Assembly: GCA_964464605.1 (NCBI GenBank)
Contig: CAYXJN010000005.1
Location: forward strand, 1-64,000
Reading direction: 5' to 3'
Origin: an uncultured Ignavibacteriales bacterium
Lineage (GTDB): Bacteria > Zixibacteria > MSB-5A5 > GN15 > FEB-12
DNA: 64,000 bases
The notes beneath the pieces are model-generated. The model ran no database searches. It had not been told where the DNA came from and saw only the letters and a program-made list of their open reading frames with translations. This document shows, in pieces, positions 19,935 to 30,364 of the stretch. The translations under genes were made by a program, and so were the position numbers. The stretch's first letter is position 1. Every line of letters starts with the position of its first letter.

Positions 19935-21371
19935 TTACTTCGGTTTTACATTCACGAACAGCGTACTGCCAAAGCGCCAGACGAAGAAGACCACTTCCCG
20001 TGGAGCTGACGTTTCCAATGTTTCCGATACCTTACGGATATCCTCGACCGAAGTAACCGGTGTTGAACCAACCCGCTGAATAATATCACCGATTTGCAGT
20101 CCGCCGACCGCTGCCGGGCCACCCTGCTCTAATTTGGAAACCACCACACCGGTTATTTCGTTTTGCTCCAGTCCGCGATTCAGGAAATCAGCGAACACTA
20201 AATTGCGGGTGGTGAATTCGAGCGATTTATTTTCGAATTCTTCCGCATCGGTTGCGGCAAGCGGCGCTTTTTCAAGCGTGGTTTCCAATGTCGTTTTGGT
20301 CGGCTTGTCGGCGCTTAACCGCATTACCGAAAAGGTAACTTTGGCGCCCGGTCCCATTTCGGCAATCGTACGCTGAAAGATAGCAATATTTTCTTCACGA
20401 TCGACTAAGACCGGAGTTTTATTGACTTCGTAGACAATATCTCCAACCTGCAAACCGGCTTTGGCGCCCGGGGAATTTTTCACCACGTCGCTGATAATAA
20501 TGCCGCCGGATACACCGAGCTTCCAGTATTCAATCAAATCTTTGGTCAATCCTTGAAGGGTCACGCCCAGCCAACCGCGGTCGGTCGTGCTTTTTGAAGG
20601 GGGCGTCATCAGAATCTTTTTCAAACGGTCGCCGGTAATGATGCCGATATTCGGCATCTCCGAGCCGTCAAACGATTCCAGCATACCGGAACCGTCCTGT
20701 GATGCGGCCGACGGATCCATCAGCGTTCCCAGCACGCCTATCGGAACCAGATTACCGTCGAATACGACAGAGGTGAGTTGTTCGGGTACAAAGCCGACCG
20801 TAAGCGGGAATTTTTCCGGTGATTCGATAATGGTAGAGACCATACCGATATCGGCTGCTAACGGTGGAGAAATAAAATCAGGCAAGAGACGATAGAGCGT
20901 TACCCAATCGCCGGTAGTCAAGGTTCGGCTTTCGGTAAACACGACCGGCGTAAATTTTTCCAGCGAATCAGCTTGGATGCGGATAAACCCGATATTTGAA
21001 AATCGGTCGGCGCCCAAGTATTCACCGCCGAATGAACGGCCATCGAGCGTTTTCACCCGGATACTGGTCGCAGTTGTTTTGACTGATACTCCGGCCATAT
21101 TAGAAAACAGATTGTCACTATTCAACACGGCGCCGTTGAAAATAACAAGCCCATCCTCGCGTACGATCGTACCCAGAAAGTGCTCTTCCTCTTCATTGGT
21201 CTGCATGCCGAATGACATTTCGATAGTCATGTCGATGATCACGGTATACGGTTTAATGCGTGTATCCAGTCGCTTGTAATCAAATTTTTGCGCGGATGCG
21301 CTCAAGGCTAAACAGAGAACCAAAGCAGCGGCAATTCCGCTGCGTTTCAGAAGAGTCGATATCGTAAACAT
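19935..21371 (-). CDS. HtrA/DegP-like protein with two PDZ domains, catalytic triad apparently absent
   Basis: Trypsin-like layout and RGWLGV PDZ motif, but no TNxHV, DLAV or GNSGG. Confidence 0.75.
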   Translation of the reverse strand: MFTISTLLKRSGIAAALVLCLALSASAQKFDYKRLDTRIKPYTVIIDMTIEMSFGMQTNEEEEHFLGTIVREDGLVIFNGAVLNSDNLFSNMAGVSVKTTATSIRVKTLDGRSFGGEYLGADRFSNIGFIRIQADSLEKFTPVVFTESRTLTTGDWVTLYRLLPDFISPPLAADIGMVSTIIESPEKFPLTVGFVPEQLTSVVFDGNLVPIGVLGTLMDPSAASQDGSGMLESFDGSEMPNIGIITGDRLKKILMTPPSKSTTDRGWLGVTLQGLTKDLIEYWKLGVSGGIIISDVVKNSPGAKAGLQVGDIVYEVNKTPVLVDREENIAIFQRTIAEMGPGAKVTFSVMRLSADKPTKTTLETTLEKAPLAATDAEEFENKSLEFTTRNLVFADFLNRGLEQNEITGVVVSKLEQGGPAAVGGLQIGDIIQRVGSTPVTSVEDIRKVSETLETSAPREVVFFVWRFGSTLFVNVKPK

Positions 21372-22789
21372 TATTTCTCATCTCCATTGGCAGCGGTCGT
21401 GGTAGATTTCGGTTTTATGAGGACAAAGCGGGTTGCGCCGCGTCGGTCCGTAATAAGCAATACATTTTTCTTTTCTTCGGTCGTAGCGAGTTGTTCGTAT
21501 AATTTCGTGAACTCTTCAAGGCTGCTCACGGTCATGTCGCCGATTTTTTTCACTACATCGCCGCGCCGTAATCCACCGTTGTCCGCCGGGCCGGTACGTT
21601 TCACACCGGTTACATAAACGCCGACGGTATCTTTCAATTGCTCATCGATACGCATCTGGCCGGTGATTCCTTTCACGGTAAATCCCCAAGATTTCACATC
21701 GAAATCTTCACCGCGCAAAGCGCCCAATTTTCTGGTGGTAACGGTCGCTTTGAATTCATTGCTATCCCGCTGAATGGTCATTTCAAGCGGTGTTCCGGGT
21801 GCGTAGCCGGCAATCATCCGGTAGAACCCGGGGAGCTCTTCGGCGAAACGGGCTGATACCGGTGAGCCGTTAACAGCCATAATGATGTCGCCGGCCTGTA
21901 AACCGGCTTCCAAGGCAGGGGAGCTGTTATCCAATGATGCGATAAGCACCCCTTTATTTTTTCCGGTCATGAAGTAGCCTTCCAGTTCCTGCAAGGCCTG
22001 TCCTTGTACGCCGATATAGCTGCGGATAACTTCCCCATGATCCAAAATTGCGGCGGTAACTTCCTTAACGATGTTAATAGGAATCGCAAATCCTATGTTG
22101 TTTGCGAACAGAGTAGCGCGGGAATTGATACCGACAATTTTTCCGTTCATATCGACCAATGGGCCGCCGGAATTGCCGGGGTTGATGGCGGCATCAGTCT
22201 GAATCCATAAATTATACACACCCGTAGGTTCGCCGCTCGGCAAACGAACATCCCGTTCGAAATAGCGATCCCGTGTCGAAACGACACCGGCTGACACTGA
22301 ACGGGAGAGGGCAAGCGGGGAACCCATCGCGAGCACATATTCTCCGTCCTGAAGCGAATCGGAATTGCCAAACTCGGCGACCGTCAATTTAGCACCGGTA
22401 TACTCAGTCAAATCCAATTTGATGACAGCCAAGTCGGTAGCAGGGTCGCCGCCGACAAATGTGGCCGGAACGACTTCTTTATCTGACAACGTGCAGAAAA
22501 TACGAACCGCTTTTCCGGCGACATGATAGTTGGTTACCACATAGCCGTCTTTGTGGAAAATCACGCCGGATCCGATCACCGCCTGTTTTTCCAGTTCACC
22601 GGTTTGAAAGTTTTGAATAACCGGCTGAATATGCACCAGCGCCGGAAGCACTTTATCGCGGGCTGAATAGAGTTGCTTTTGTCCGCCGTTTAGGATAGCG
22701 GCTTCGGAAATGGAAGTGCACGCTATCGCTATGGCCGCGATGAGGAGAGATATTTTCACAGACGTCCTTTCTGTTTGGGCGGTTCTCAT
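21371..22789 (-). CDS. HtrA/DegP-family periplasmic serine protease with two PDZ domains
   Basis: VTNYHV, TDLAVIK and QTDAAINPGNSGGPL. Confidence 0.92.
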   Translation of the reverse strand: MRTAQTERTSVKISLLIAAIAIACTSISEAAILNGGQKQLYSARDKVLPALVHIQPVIQNFQTGELEKQAVIGSGVIFHKDGYVVTNYHVAGKAVRIFCTLSDKEVVPATFVGGDPATDLAVIKLDLTEYTGAKLTVAEFGNSDSLQDGEYVLAMGSPLALSRSVSAGVVSTRDRYFERDVRLPSGEPTGVYNLWIQTDAAINPGNSGGPLVDMNGKIVGINSRATLFANNIGFAIPINIVKEVTAAILDHGEVIRSYIGVQGQALQELEGYFMTGKNKGVLIASLDNSSPALEAGLQAGDIIMAVNGSPVSARFAEELPGFYRMIAGYAPGTPLEMTIQRDSNEFKATVTTRKLGALRGEDFDVKSWGFTVKGITGQMRIDEQLKDTVGVYVTGVKRTGPADNGGLRRGDVVKKIGDMTVSSLEEFTKLYEQLATTEEKKNVLLITDRRGATRFVLIKPKSTTTAANGDEK

Positions 22790-22888
22790 TCGTATACACG
22801 AATCGCCACTGTCGGTTCACAATGTTCTATCTCTTGATATCGGAATCAACCAGAGCTTTTTACTAATTTTCAAACAAGCATTGCCCGG

Positions 22889-24127
22889 TCAGAGAATAGG
22901 GGAATTGCCGCCTCGATCACTGTCCGGTGAGGGGGGCTGTGGGGGCATATCCGGAATAGGGGGCGGGGCAGGCATCGGCGCCTGGCTTTCAGTCGCGCGA
23001 ACGTGACGTTCATGCCAGCCGAGATATTCACGGGTTCCGACACGGGTTAAAATCGCCGCGCCAAGACCGGAGAGCAGGATATAGCTATACGTGAGAATCG
23101 ACATAACCAAAAGGAACGTTCCGAAACCGGTCGATACAGAATCATCCGAACCCAACAGAATAGCAGTTACCAACCAAAGGCTCATAAACATCACAATCCC
23201 AAGCTGGGTTGCCAAATGCGTACCTGCCGTACGGGAGGGAAATATCAGCTTCAGCACTCGTTCACCTAACATTCGGGAATATCCGGCAAAGGTCGTAAAG
23301 AAGATAAAAATGATCAGTAGCGGTACGACCGGTATCGCCAGAATTCCCACGATCGTGATTATCAGCAGCAAAATAGCTATCGGTATTAAAAAGATGCTCA
23401 AAAACCCAAGCGAAAAACATCGTAGTTTGTAGGTGCGGATACAGCGTTCGATTACGTTTACCTGACGCGGCATCAATGTCGTGATAACAAAGCAGGCGAG
23501 CATGAGGGAGATAGTAAAAGCGACAACGACAATAATGCCGCTGAAGTCGAATGCTTCCCGAATATCTTTCAGATTGAGTGAAACGCCGGTTTCATTCACG
23601 CGCCCCATTACCACACCGCCGGGTTTAATGAGAATTTCAGGTGCAGTGATATCACCGTCTACTTGTCCCCCTTCCATAACCAGTACACGGCTCGTGGCTG
23701 ATTGGACATTTCCTTTTACCCAGCCGCGAATGGTTATGCGGCCATAGGCGATAATATCCCCATCGACGTATTCATCCGGCCCGATCGTGACCGATTGCTC
23801 CAGCGGTTCAACAATTTTTTCTTCAATCGCGCGCTCCTCAATCGGAAGCTGCGCGGGTGTGCCGAACTCATCCGGTAAATTCCCTTCGTCATAGGGGAGA
23901 AATTGCCCGGAATCAAAATTGTAGTACCAGCGGTTGCCGAGCGAATCCATTGCCTGTACCCCTTCCGGGCTAAGACGGATATCGGAGAAGGAATGAGGAG
24001 CATCTTTGGGAGATTGGGCGCTTGTCGCTTCCGCGTCCGCAAAAATGGGCGCAGCTATAGAGAGATAAAGGATAAAGCTAAACGTGAGTACGGCGGCCAG
24101 ATAATCTTTTCTCATGTACGAATCCAA
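22889..24127 (-). CDS. bactofilin/polymer-forming-domain membrane protein
   Basis: VDGDIIAYGRITIRGWVKGNV...VDGDI beta-helix repeats, several TM helices and a Pro-rich tail. Confidence 0.7.
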   Translation of the reverse strand: MDSYMRKDYLAAVLTFSFILYLSIAAPIFADAEATSAQSPKDAPHSFSDIRLSPEGVQAMDSLGNRWYYNFDSGQFLPYDEGNLPDEFGTPAQLPIEERAIEEKIVEPLEQSVTIGPDEYVDGDIIAYGRITIRGWVKGNVQSATSRVLVMEGGQVDGDITAPEILIKPGGVVMGRVNETGVSLNLKDIREAFDFSGIIVVVAFTISLMLACFVITTLMPRQVNVIERCIRTYKLRCFSLGFLSIFLIPIAILLLIITIVGILAIPVVPLLIIFIFFTTFAGYSRMLGERVLKLIFPSRTAGTHLATQLGIVMFMSLWLVTAILLGSDDSVSTGFGTFLLVMSILTYSYILLSGLGAAILTRVGTREYLGWHERHVRATESQAPMPAPPPIPDMPPQPPSPDSDRGGNSPIL

Positions 24128-24145
24128 TGTACAAGAGTCGCAGTG

Positions 24146-25057
24146 TTAGTAAAACTGGACTTTCACATCTCCTGTTGACGAGTGTAACTGCACAGAAGTT
24201 CCACCTTCCCCAATTTCTCCTACCAGCCGGTTTCGGGCCAGTGACTTGATAGCAAGCGGGAGATCCGAGGCGATTTCCCCGGTTTCCGTCTGAATCGTAA
24301 ACTCGGCGGCGGCAGAGGGGGGAACCATAAAAGTGATGGTACCGGTGGTGGTTTCTATGTATGAGGTGCGGGCGGTTTCCAGCTCGCTTTTAATCGTGAT
24401 ATTGCCGGTATTGCTGATAATATCTAAAGCGCCAAGAGCCTGACCGATGAGCACATCGCTCTTGCTGGATTTGATACGGATATCCCCTTCGATAGCATCG
24501 AGCGAGATATTGCCGACCGGCTGGCGAATAGTAACCGGCCCAAAAATAAATTCACCGGTTGTTGAACCGGCGGCAATTTGTACGTTCACCGATCCCTGAA
24601 CACCGGAAATAAACACCTCTGCATCCAATCCCGTCACGGCAATCGAACAGCCGATCGGTAAACCGATTTTATAGTCAACCGCGCCAAATGAATCTTCCCC
24701 CCAGCCCAATATCCGCTGCCAGAAGGATTGTCCGCGATACGGTATCCGCAGATAGTTAGTGGTGACACTGATATCTTTTTTATTCTGATCGACTTTAATT
24801 TCGATATAGGATGCAACCGCTTCCGCTTCGGAGGCATTGGTAGCGTCGATGCGCTTGACGGCATCGATAGTAATCTGCTGGCTTTCCGTTCCGTATACTT
24901 CGACTTTGCCGACTTCTAAACCGAGATTGAGCGTAACCGGATTGGTTATGTCGAGCACCCGCTGGAACTGAAAGCTGTATTGCTCCGCATGCACCCCTGC
25001 GGCGCTGCAGGAGAACAGCATGATAAAAATGACTCTGCGCAGATTTTGAACACTCAT
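24146..25057 (-). CDS. DUF4097-like beta-strand repeat protein
   Basis: Signal peptide and repeated S/T-T-G-x-I-x-V motifs, ending HSSTGDVKV. Confidence 0.75.
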   Translation of the reverse strand: MSVQNLRRVIFIMLFSCSAAGVHAEQYSFQFQRVLDITNPVTLNLGLEVGKVEVYGTESQQITIDAVKRIDATNASEAEAVASYIEIKVDQNKKDISVTTNYLRIPYRGQSFWQRILGWGEDSFGAVDYKIGLPIGCSIAVTGLDAEVFISGVQGSVNVQIAAGSTTGEFIFGPVTIRQPVGNISLDAIEGDIRIKSSKSDVLIGQALGALDIISNTGNITIKSELETARTSYIETTTGTITFMVPPSAAAEFTIQTETGEIASDLPLAIKSLARNRLVGEIGEGGTSVQLHSSTGDVKVQFY

Positions 25058-25067
25058 AATCGGTACG

Positions 25068-25631
25068 CTATAGTGACTTCAATTTCTTTTTTAATAATTC
25101 CCGCGCGCGGAAAATCCGCGCCTTTACCGTTCCTACCGGTATATGTAATAAGTCGGCTATTTCTTCGTAGCTTTTATCATCTTTATGACGATAGATGATA
25201 ACTTCTTTATATTTATCGGGCAGAGACTCGATTGCTTCCTCAATTCCGACCCGTTTCTGCTTTTCTTCCAAGTCCCGCTCCGGATGGTAGGAAAAATCTG
25301 CCACCTCGATTTCAAATGTACCGTCTTCGGATTCCATTTCCCGGTCGAGCGACAGCGCCTTGATTCGCTTTTTCCGCAAAAAGTCGATGGAGCAGTTGGC
25401 GGCGATTTTATACAGCCAGGTCGAAAATTTGTATTCCGATCGATAACTGGCTAATGAGGAAAATGCCCGCATGAATGTTTCCTGCAGCAGGTCGTTCGTC
25501 GTTTCCGGATCACGAACGATTTTGTAAATCAGATGATACAAATAGGATTTATGCCGATCGGTCAATTGCCGATAGGCTTTCTGATCATTTTGCAGGGCGC
25601 GGGCTATTAGCTCCGAATCAATATCTTCCAT
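25068..25631 (-). CDS. ECF sigma factor (SigW/RpoE-like)
   Basis: DLLQETFMRAF, FSTWLYKIAAN and SYEEIADLLHIPVGTVKARIFRAR. Confidence 0.93.
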   Translation of the reverse strand: MEDIDSELIARALQNDQKAYRQLTDRHKSYLYHLIYKIVRDPETTNDLLQETFMRAFSSLASYRSEYKFSTWLYKIAANCSIDFLRKKRIKALSLDREMESEDGTFEIEVADFSYHPERDLEEKQKRVGIEEAIESLPDKYKEVIIYRHKDDKSYEEIADLLHIPVGTVKARIFRARELLKKKLKSL

Positions 25632-25731
25632 GCACCAGTCCCAAAGGAGTTGTCATGAGGCGTACAGTCGGGGGAATAATACTCTATCGTTCAACCGCTT
25701 ACAAGGAGAAACTACAGCCATTAGCCAGGGC

Positions 25732-26217
25732 TTAACTGTTGATAAAATGTTCGCGGTAACTCCGTTTTGGGTTATGGCTTCGCAGATCGATACCATGCTC
25801 CAGATAGGATTTCAAATTCGCCAAAAAGAACGTCCAGCCCTGTTTACAGCCCATATGCATATTAATCTTATCTTTGGTCGTTGTTTTCATGTCGTACTGG
25901 GTAAGGGTGCAAATCGAGCCTTTGCCATCTTTGGTAACCGTAATTTCCACCTTCTCACCTTTGGTGCCGAAGGGAATAACAAGTCGGCGGTTTTTGGTGA
26001 TGGCGATAACTTTGTCATTCATTTTGTCGCCGCCGAGCCATTCGAAATAAATCCGTCCGTTTTTCTTCGCTTCAAATTCCGTTTTAACCGTGAACCATTT
26101 CGAAATTTCCGGTGCATATGTCCACGCGCGAAACACTTTTTCGGGTGAAGCATTAATCGCGATTTTCAGATAAAAACGGGTCCAGTCGAAAGGCTTCGCC
26201 TTTTTTGTTTTGGCCAT
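25732..26217 (-). CDS. SRPBCC/Aha1-domain protein
   Basis: INASPEKVFRAWT...W and GWTFFLANLKSYLE. Confidence 0.85.
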   Translation of the reverse strand: MAKTKKAKPFDWTRFYLKIAINASPEKVFRAWTYAPEISKWFTVKTEFEAKKNGRIYFEWLGGDKMNDKVIAITKNRRLVIPFGTKGEKVEITVTKDGKGSICTLTQYDMKTTTKDKINMHMGCKQGWTFFLANLKSYLEHGIDLRSHNPKRSYREHFINS

Positions 26218-26230
26218 AGCTCTCTTTTCC

Positions 26231-26908
26231 TTATCCCACTACTTTCAACTGTGCGATCATTTCCCGCATCTGCTGGGTCATCTTCGTTGCGGTTTTTATC
26301 GGGCCGGTCAGTTTGAAAAAGACTAATCCATCCGGCGCTTCGACAATTGCGCCTGACATGAGATAGTTTTCTTTCGGAACAGTATTGCCGGACATCGGGC
26401 CGCCCATCGACGCGTTGAACGTTCCCGGGACACTAAGGAAATGAATCGTTATTCCGCCAATCGTTTCTTTGGTTACTTCCGCTTCGGAATGCGCGTCACC
26501 GCTTGGCGTAGTCATTTGCCCGAGCCAACGGTTGACATTTTCAGAAACGCCGCCACCTTGGTTTTCTCCGAAATAGAAAATACCGAGCGTTGCGGAATCA
26601 GCATCTCCTTCGATCGGTCCGAAGGTGAAATTTCCCTGACGCATTCCCGACGGTCCCAGATTTTTCCAGTCGGTCGGAGCGGTAACGGTTATCCCCGCGA
26701 TGATGACTGTCGCGCCGGCCATCCCGCTGGCCGGCATAGTCCCCTGTGCAGCCTGTTGCTGCGGCTCGCCGTGGGTCGATTTGAGCATCGTACTCGTATT
26801 TCCGCCTGGCTGGGTTGTCGGTTCCTGTTTTTCAGCCGTTTTAGAGGAGCAACCGAAGAGGGCTAAAAGGCTTATCAGTGCGGTAATCTGTAGAAGTCTG
26901 TATGTCAT
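26231..26908 (-). CDS. uncharacterised lipoprotein
   Basis: Lipobox LFGC, a low-complexity linker, then a globular domain (NVNRWLGQ, FFKLTGP). Confidence 0.7.
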   Translation of the reverse strand: MTYRLLQITALISLLALFGCSSKTAEKQEPTTQPGGNTSTMLKSTHGEPQQQAAQGTMPASGMAGATVIIAGITVTAPTDWKNLGPSGMRQGNFTFGPIEGDADSATLGIFYFGENQGGGVSENVNRWLGQMTTPSGDAHSEAEVTKETIGGITIHFLSVPGTFNASMGGPMSGNTVPKENYLMSGAIVEAPDGLVFFKLTGPIKTATKMTQQMREMIAQLKVVG

Positions 26909-27140
26909 AATGTACTCCGGTTAAATCTTGGTTTGTCTGGCCATTTCTGAGGTAACATGACACACAGAACCCGGCGGCGCAAGCAGGCGGTTTTTGCCCG
27001 GTTTTACCTGTAAATCGGCCGGTTTCGGGCTGTATAATTTTTGCACAGGCCAGTTGCGGTTATTCGCTATAGCAGAGCCATAGTCATCCGATACATAGAG
27101 GGATAGCATATGTACTGACAACCTTCGAACCGGAACTGTT

Positions 27141-28226
27141 GTGCCAAAAATAGACGAACTTCTCCGTATCATCAAAGAGGCCTCGGCCTCCGATTTGCAT
27201 TTGTCCGCAGGTTCAGTGCCGATAGTCAGGGTGCATGGTCGTTTGGAAAAGACCCGCCACAAGCATTTAACCAGCGAGCATATTCGCCAGCTTATCTATG
27301 AACTTTTGACTGATGAACAAATTCGTCAGTATGAGCGAACCGGTGATCTCGATTTTGCCTACGGCATTCCCGGCGGCGGACGGTTTCGTATCAATATCTA
27401 CAAAACGCATCACGGTTCTGCAGCGGCAATTCGTTTGATACCTGAGCAGATTAATGATTTGCCGTCACTCGGATTTTCAGAAGCAGTGGCTCGGTTAGCG
27501 GAACATCGCTCAGGATTGGTCCTTGTCACCGGCCCTACTAATTCAGGTAAAACCACAACGTTGTCGGCAATGGTCGATCATATCAACACCAATTTCGCCA
27601 AGCATATCATTACACTTGAAGATCCGATCGAATATATCCATGAAGAAAAGAATTGTCTTATTTCGCAGCGGCAGATCGGCGTCCACTCGCAGAATTTTTC
27701 AAGTGCGCTTCGCGCCTGTTTACGGGAAGACCCGGATGTGATTTTAGTCGGTGAAATGCGGGATACCGAAACGATTTCTTTAGCCATCACTGCAGCCGAA
27801 GTCGGCTTATTAGTCATGGCGACTCTGCACACCTGCACGGCAACGGGGACGATTGACCGTATCATCGATGTCTTCCCTCCGGATCAGCAGCAGCAGATTC
27901 GTATTATGCTCGCTGACACGCTGGTCGGTGTGGTTTCACAGCAGTTGCTTCGCAGAGCGGATGGACGCGGGCGGGCAGTTGCGTATGAACTTTTAGTACG
28001 TACGCCCTCGATTGGCAATTTGATTCGTGAAGCAAAAAGCCATCAGATTCCGAACGCAATTCAGACGGGGAAAAAATTAGGGATGCGCCAGTTGGATGCG
28101 CATCTGCGCGCATTGGTCGATTCAGGAATTGTCACGCCGGAAGAAGCTATCCGGGTGGCCGTGGATCCCTCACAATTTTATGACAAGGCGGGAGTTGCCG
28201 CCATGGAGCAAATGGAAACGGTATGA
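27141..28226 (+). CDS. pilT: type IV pilus retraction ATPase PilT
   Basis: ASDLHL, GPTNSGKTTT, EDPIE, LREDPDVILVGEMRD, TLHT and LIRE motif. Confidence 0.9.
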   Translation: MPKIDELLRIIKEASASDLHLSAGSVPIVRVHGRLEKTRHKHLTSEHIRQLIYELLTDEQIRQYERTGDLDFAYGIPGGGRFRINIYKTHHGSAAAIRLIPEQINDLPSLGFSEAVARLAEHRSGLVLVTGPTNSGKTTTLSAMVDHINTNFAKHIITLEDPIEYIHEEKNCLISQRQIGVHSQNFSSALRACLREDPDVILVGEMRDTETISLAITAAEVGLLVMATLHTCTATGTIDRIIDVFPPDQQQQIRIMLADTLVGVVSQQLLRRADGRGRAVAYELLVRTPSIGNLIREAKSHQIPNAIQTGKKLGMRQLDAHLRALVDSGIVTPEEAIRVAVDPSQFYDKAGVAAMEQMETV

Positions 28227-30364
28227 GCAGAGGAGTTACGCAAAAACTTCGCCTCGATCAGATATTAGTCCGCGAGGGACTCGTTTCTGATACGCAGGTG
28301 AAAGAAGCATTGCTGCGTCAGAAAGCGCACGGCGGTAAATTCGGTTCGCAGTTATTATATCACCGTTGTATCGACGAAGCCGGTCTGGTCCGGGCATTGG
28401 CGATTCAGTCCGGATGTGACGGGGTCGTTTTATCCGACTTGGAAATTCATTCGGAAATCATGAAGATGATTCCCGCCCGTTTAGCTGTTGCCCGAAAAAT
28501 CATGCCGTTCGATTACGATCCGGAATCAAACACGCTCAAAATCGCCTGTGTCGATCCGAATGATCAGAATCTTTTGAATGAATTGAAATTCACGGCCAAA
28601 GGGAAAAATATCAAACTGTTTGTCGCCGCCGAAATCGCGCTCGACACAGTCATTGCCCGGAATTATCAGGGGCGGAACGTTACCCTTGAAGATAATTTGC
28701 TTTTGGATATTCCGGATGCCGCCACGGATACGGCAAAAATCGCAATTGAGCTGCGCAAGGAAGCCCACCCGGAAACGTGGGATAAACGCGGTTCCGTGCT
28801 GCTCGTTACCGATGAAGAATTCTCCGGACCGCTTATTCAGTCACTATTGGAACGTGACGGGTATGAAGTACGCGTAACTGATTCGGCCGACGATGCAATC
28901 GAAATTCTCGGCGATAAACGGTTCGATACCGTCTTTATCAAAGATACCGTTCCCGGCGACTACCTTGATCTGATCGACCGGGTACGCAAAGTGTCTCCGC
29001 GCACGGCGGTACGGTATTATGAAACCGCATCTACGTTAGTATTGCAGGAAAAAGCTGGTTCCTCCGAGCGGGAATTGTTGATTCGTAATCTTGATCTGTT
29101 TACTTCGCTTTTAGCAACCAAAGAAAAACTCCCGACCAATCATAGCGGAACGGTGGGACATTATGTCGACAAGCTCTGCGCCCGTTTGAAACTGCCGGAG
29201 CGGGATCGTATCATGATTACCAATGCCGCTTTCCTGCATGATCTGGCGCGGTTCTATTACAACACGGACGGCAAGAAAGAATACCGGGAGGTTATCAACT
29301 TAACGGTCAAGCTGTTGCAGTCGTTGAATTATTCGCCGGTGATTATCGAAATGCTCCGCTCTATGTATATCAATCTCGGCGGCAAATATACCAAACGGTT
29401 GCCTATTGAAGTTTTAGGCGGCAACATTCTGACGATTGTCGATCTGTTCTGCGATAATATTCCGCTCAACCAGCGGTTGTCGCTCGATAAATTCGATGCC
29501 ATCAAACGGAAATTCCGCGATTTAGTCGGTAAGCTTTTCCTCGGCGAAGTCGTGGAAGCATTCATCGTGATGATTCAGGAAGAAATCCTGAGTATTCATA
29601 CCGTCGAAAAAGTCGGTCAGGTTATGTTGTATGCCGACCATCAGGATGCAATCAGGCCGGTCGAACTGCGGCTTAAGAATGAAGGGTTCCGCACGGTTAT
29701 CGAAACTTCGGCATCGTCATTCTACGATCTCTACAACCGCAGCAAACCGGATATGATTGTGCTGATTATGTCGGGCGAGTTATATGAAATCTCTTCCTTC
29801 GTTGAACGGCTTACCGAAGAAGGGTTCGATCTGCGAAAAGTGCCGACCTTCCTGTTAGCGCCGAGCACGTCAACCTCGCAATTGACTTCGCTATTTGATC
29901 AGGGAATTGAGGATATCATCGCCAACGATAACAATCTTGATTTCTTAGTCGTTAAAATGCAGAAGATTCAGGCGCGGCTTGAGGCGAAAGCTCGTGAACG
30001 GGGTGAAGCGCCGGAACATCCGAGCGGTGCCCACGGTCGTTTGGTTGACATGAACCTTATCGACCTTTTGCAGGCATTAGGGCCAAGCCGTAAGACGGTT
30101 CGTATTGCCGTTACTTCCGCTATCAATAACGAGCAGCTCACCATGTATCTGCGCCATGGAGATATCATATTCGCGCAGCTTGGCAGCAAGAATGGAGAAG
30201 AGGCGGTATACGAAAGTTTGGGCTGGACCACCGGAACATGGGTAGTTGAACCCGTCGGTGAAGAAAATCTGCCCGAGCCGAACAACCAGCTCTCCAATGA
30301 ATCAATTCTTATGGAAGGCTGTCGCTTGATCGATGAAAAGGTACGCGAGGGGCAATTGCTATAA
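28223..30364 (+). CDS. multidomain signalling protein: MshEN/GSPII-N, REC-like, HD, REC-like, DUF4388/PATAN
   Basis: RLDQILVREGLV...ALLRQ, two receiver-like folds, NHS...AAFLHDL and GRLVDMNLIDLLQAL...G.EAVY. Confidence 0.7.
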   Translation: MSRGVTQKLRLDQILVREGLVSDTQVKEALLRQKAHGGKFGSQLLYHRCIDEAGLVRALAIQSGCDGVVLSDLEIHSEIMKMIPARLAVARKIMPFDYDPESNTLKIACVDPNDQNLLNELKFTAKGKNIKLFVAAEIALDTVIARNYQGRNVTLEDNLLLDIPDAATDTAKIAIELRKEAHPETWDKRGSVLLVTDEEFSGPLIQSLLERDGYEVRVTDSADDAIEILGDKRFDTVFIKDTVPGDYLDLIDRVRKVSPRTAVRYYETASTLVLQEKAGSSERELLIRNLDLFTSLLATKEKLPTNHSGTVGHYVDKLCARLKLPERDRIMITNAAFLHDLARFYYNTDGKKEYREVINLTVKLLQSLNYSPVIIEMLRSMYINLGGKYTKRLPIEVLGGNILTIVDLFCDNIPLNQRLSLDKFDAIKRKFRDLVGKLFLGEVVEAFIVMIQEEILSIHTVEKVGQVMLYADHQDAIRPVELRLKNEGFRTVIETSASSFYDLYNRSKPDMIVLIMSGELYEISSFVERLTEEGFDLRKVPTFLLAPSTSTSQLTSLFDQGIEDIIANDNNLDFLVVKMQKIQARLEAKARERGEAPEHPSGAHGRLVDMNLIDLLQALGPSRKTVRIAVTSAINNEQLTMYLRHGDIIFAQLGSKNGEEAVYESLGWTTGTWVVEPVGEENLPEPNNQLSNESILMEGCRLIDEKVREGQLL

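Noticed and set aside
29140..29560. Active HD-GYP c-di-GMP phosphodiesterase
   Set aside because: HD is present, but the HHExxDGxGYP motif is absent.
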